NCBI GenBank assembly: GCA_049969615.1
Contig: JBMFOM010000038.1
Span: forward strand, 1 to 15,563
Direction of reading: 5' to 3'
Length of the DNA: 15,563 bases
Source of the DNA: a candidate division WOR-3 bacterium
GTDB lineage: Bacteria > Hydrothermota > Hydrothermia > JBDRYB01
Shown: one piece after another, positions 14,573 to 15,563 of the stretch
Layout: the number at the start of each line of letters is the position of its first letter
Position numbering within the stretch: the stretch's first letter is position 1
Translations under genes and position numbers: made by a program
Notes under the pieces: model-generated
Seen by the model: the letters and a program-made list of their open reading frames with translations, nothing else
What the model was told of the DNA's origin: nothing
Databases searched by the model: none

Positions 14573-15322
14573 ATGAACACCTTGATTATATCTGCGCTGG
14601 TCTCGCAGAACCTGTTCGCGAAGACCTATGGAGGAATAGATCTTACTAGCTACTGGGCCCATTCCATCACCTATACCTCAGATGGAGGATATGCACTCGC
14701 TGGAGAGAGATTCAGCACCTTCTCGGGCGATTTCGATCTCCTCGTCCTGAAGCTTGACCCCTCTGGAAACCTGACCTGGGCGAGGACCTTTGGAGGAACA
14801 AACGATGAGAGTGCCGGCTCCATCATCCAGACCCCTGACGGAGGCTATGCGGTCGCGGGACACACAGATAGCTACGGCATGGGCGGCGGTCCTAACCTCC
14901 TGATCCTGAAGATCGATCCGAATGGGAATTATACGGACTGTGTCCAGTCATGTTCGCCAACCGTTGGAATGCCCACCATCAGCTCATTCTCTCCAATAGG
15001 TCTAGCTACCTGTAATCCGACACCGGGAACTCCAGACCTCGGCCCGAACACGCCCAACCTTGTCCCACTAAATGTCTGCGTCCCATTTTACGAGGATATT
15101 GAGGAGATCGGCTCTGGCTCCCAACCCAGGATAACCTGCTCCCCGGCCCCGGCCGCGGTAATCTTCAACGCGCCTGATGCCATGCCAATAAAGATATATT
15201 CGCCCGATGGCCGCCTCGCCTATTCCGGCAATCTGCTCAAGGGCCAAACCCGCATATCCCTTGATACAGGAGTCTATCTCTGGATTGCAGGCCCATACAA
15301 AGGAAAGGCGGTTGTAAGATGA
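14573..15322 (+). CDS. Propeller-repeat protein with only 2 blades, Cys/Pro-rich linker and T9SS-type CTD; paralog of 981..2291
   Basis: SD GGAGG at 14561-14565, 249 aa. LFAKTYGG and WARTFGG repeats, four linker Cys, C-terminus IKIYSPDGRLAY...TGVYLW...KAVVR. Confidence 0.85.
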   Translation: MNTLIISALVSQNLFAKTYGGIDLTSYWAHSITYTSDGGYALAGERFSTFSGDFDLLVLKLDPSGNLTWARTFGGTNDESAGSIIQTPDGGYAVAGHTDSYGMGGGPNLLILKIDPNGNYTDCVQSCSPTVGMPTISSFSPIGLATCNPTPGTPDLGPNTPNLVPLNVCVPFYEDIEEIGSGSQPRITCSPAPAAVIFNAPDAMPIKIYSPDGRLAYSGNLLKGQTRISLDTGVYLWIAGPYKGKAVVR

Positions 15323-15327
15323 AACCC

Positions 15328-15386
15328 AAAGGCCGGCCCTGGAACCCCTGCGCCTCCCGTTCTGCCGGGGCCGGTCTTTCCTTCTT
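15328..15386 (+). terminator. Probable intrinsic terminator or 3' stem-loop
   Basis: AAAGGCCGGCCCTGG (15328-15342) pairs with CCGGGGCCGGTCTTT (15365-15379): 15 bp including 2 G-U, 22-nt loop, then a pyrimidine-rich tail. Confidence 0.65.
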
Positions 15387-15434
15387 TGAGGACAGAAACC
15401 TTTTGGAGGTTTAATCTCATCTTTGACACCTCAT

Positions 15435-15555
15435 TTTTCGTAAGTCATTGATAGGTAAGGACTTAAGAGGAATAAAGGCCGGGAAGTTGGCACCATGTTC
15501 AGAGGGGGTTCTCAGCGAGACCTATTCACATACGAGGACTATTCTGTGGGGTTCT
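15435..15555. repeat. Diverged copy of the dispersed repeat beginning with the IHF-like palindrome; cut by the window end
   Basis: TAAGTC-N13-GACTTA (15441-15465). Further blocks GCCGGGAA, GGGTTCTCAG and ACGAGG-N11-GGGTTCT are colinear with the 5308-5414 copy. Confidence 0.6.
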
Positions 15556-15563
15556 CGGATGCC

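Noticed and set aside
15423-15428. Perfect TTGACA
   Set aside because: There is no acceptable -10 at 16-19 nt and no gene downstream within the window.
1-15563. CRISPR array, DGR, prophage, or a mobile island bounded by the terminal repeats
   Set aside because: There is no regular repeat-spacer period, reverse transcriptase, adenine-specific variable repeat, integrase or phage gene. The terminal motifs are only 80% identical and enclose housekeeping genes.

Overview
This is a gene-dense, moderately GC-rich bacterial window with 13 protein-coding loci; I found no rRNA, tRNA, CRISPR array, transposase or integrase. It carries envelope and secretion genes: three proteins with type IX secretion (T9SS)-type C-terminal sorting domains, a 7-blade propeller protein, a frameshifted TPR gene, a CsgG-like lipoprotein and a SprE/PorW-like TPR lipoprotein. 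It also has an rfbA-rfbD-gmhA-GT87 glycan operon, an orphan pyrK and a TPR + winged-helix/partial-BTAD (SARP-like) regulator. The overall style suggests an FCB-related diderm such as candidate phylum WOR-3 (inference only). The strongest unexplained signals are non-coding. (1) Fragments of a dispersed ~170-200 bp intergenic repeat family occur in at least 5 intergenic regions. (2) The SARP-like regulator faces a T9SS cargo promoter that lacks a -35 but has two 11-bp-spaced direct repeats ending 8 nt before the -10. (3) Six of nine transcription units look leaderless, while the three with a leader and SD are exactly the T9SS-CTD genes. (4) Several genes look internally deleted or truncated. All alignments and counts were done by hand.
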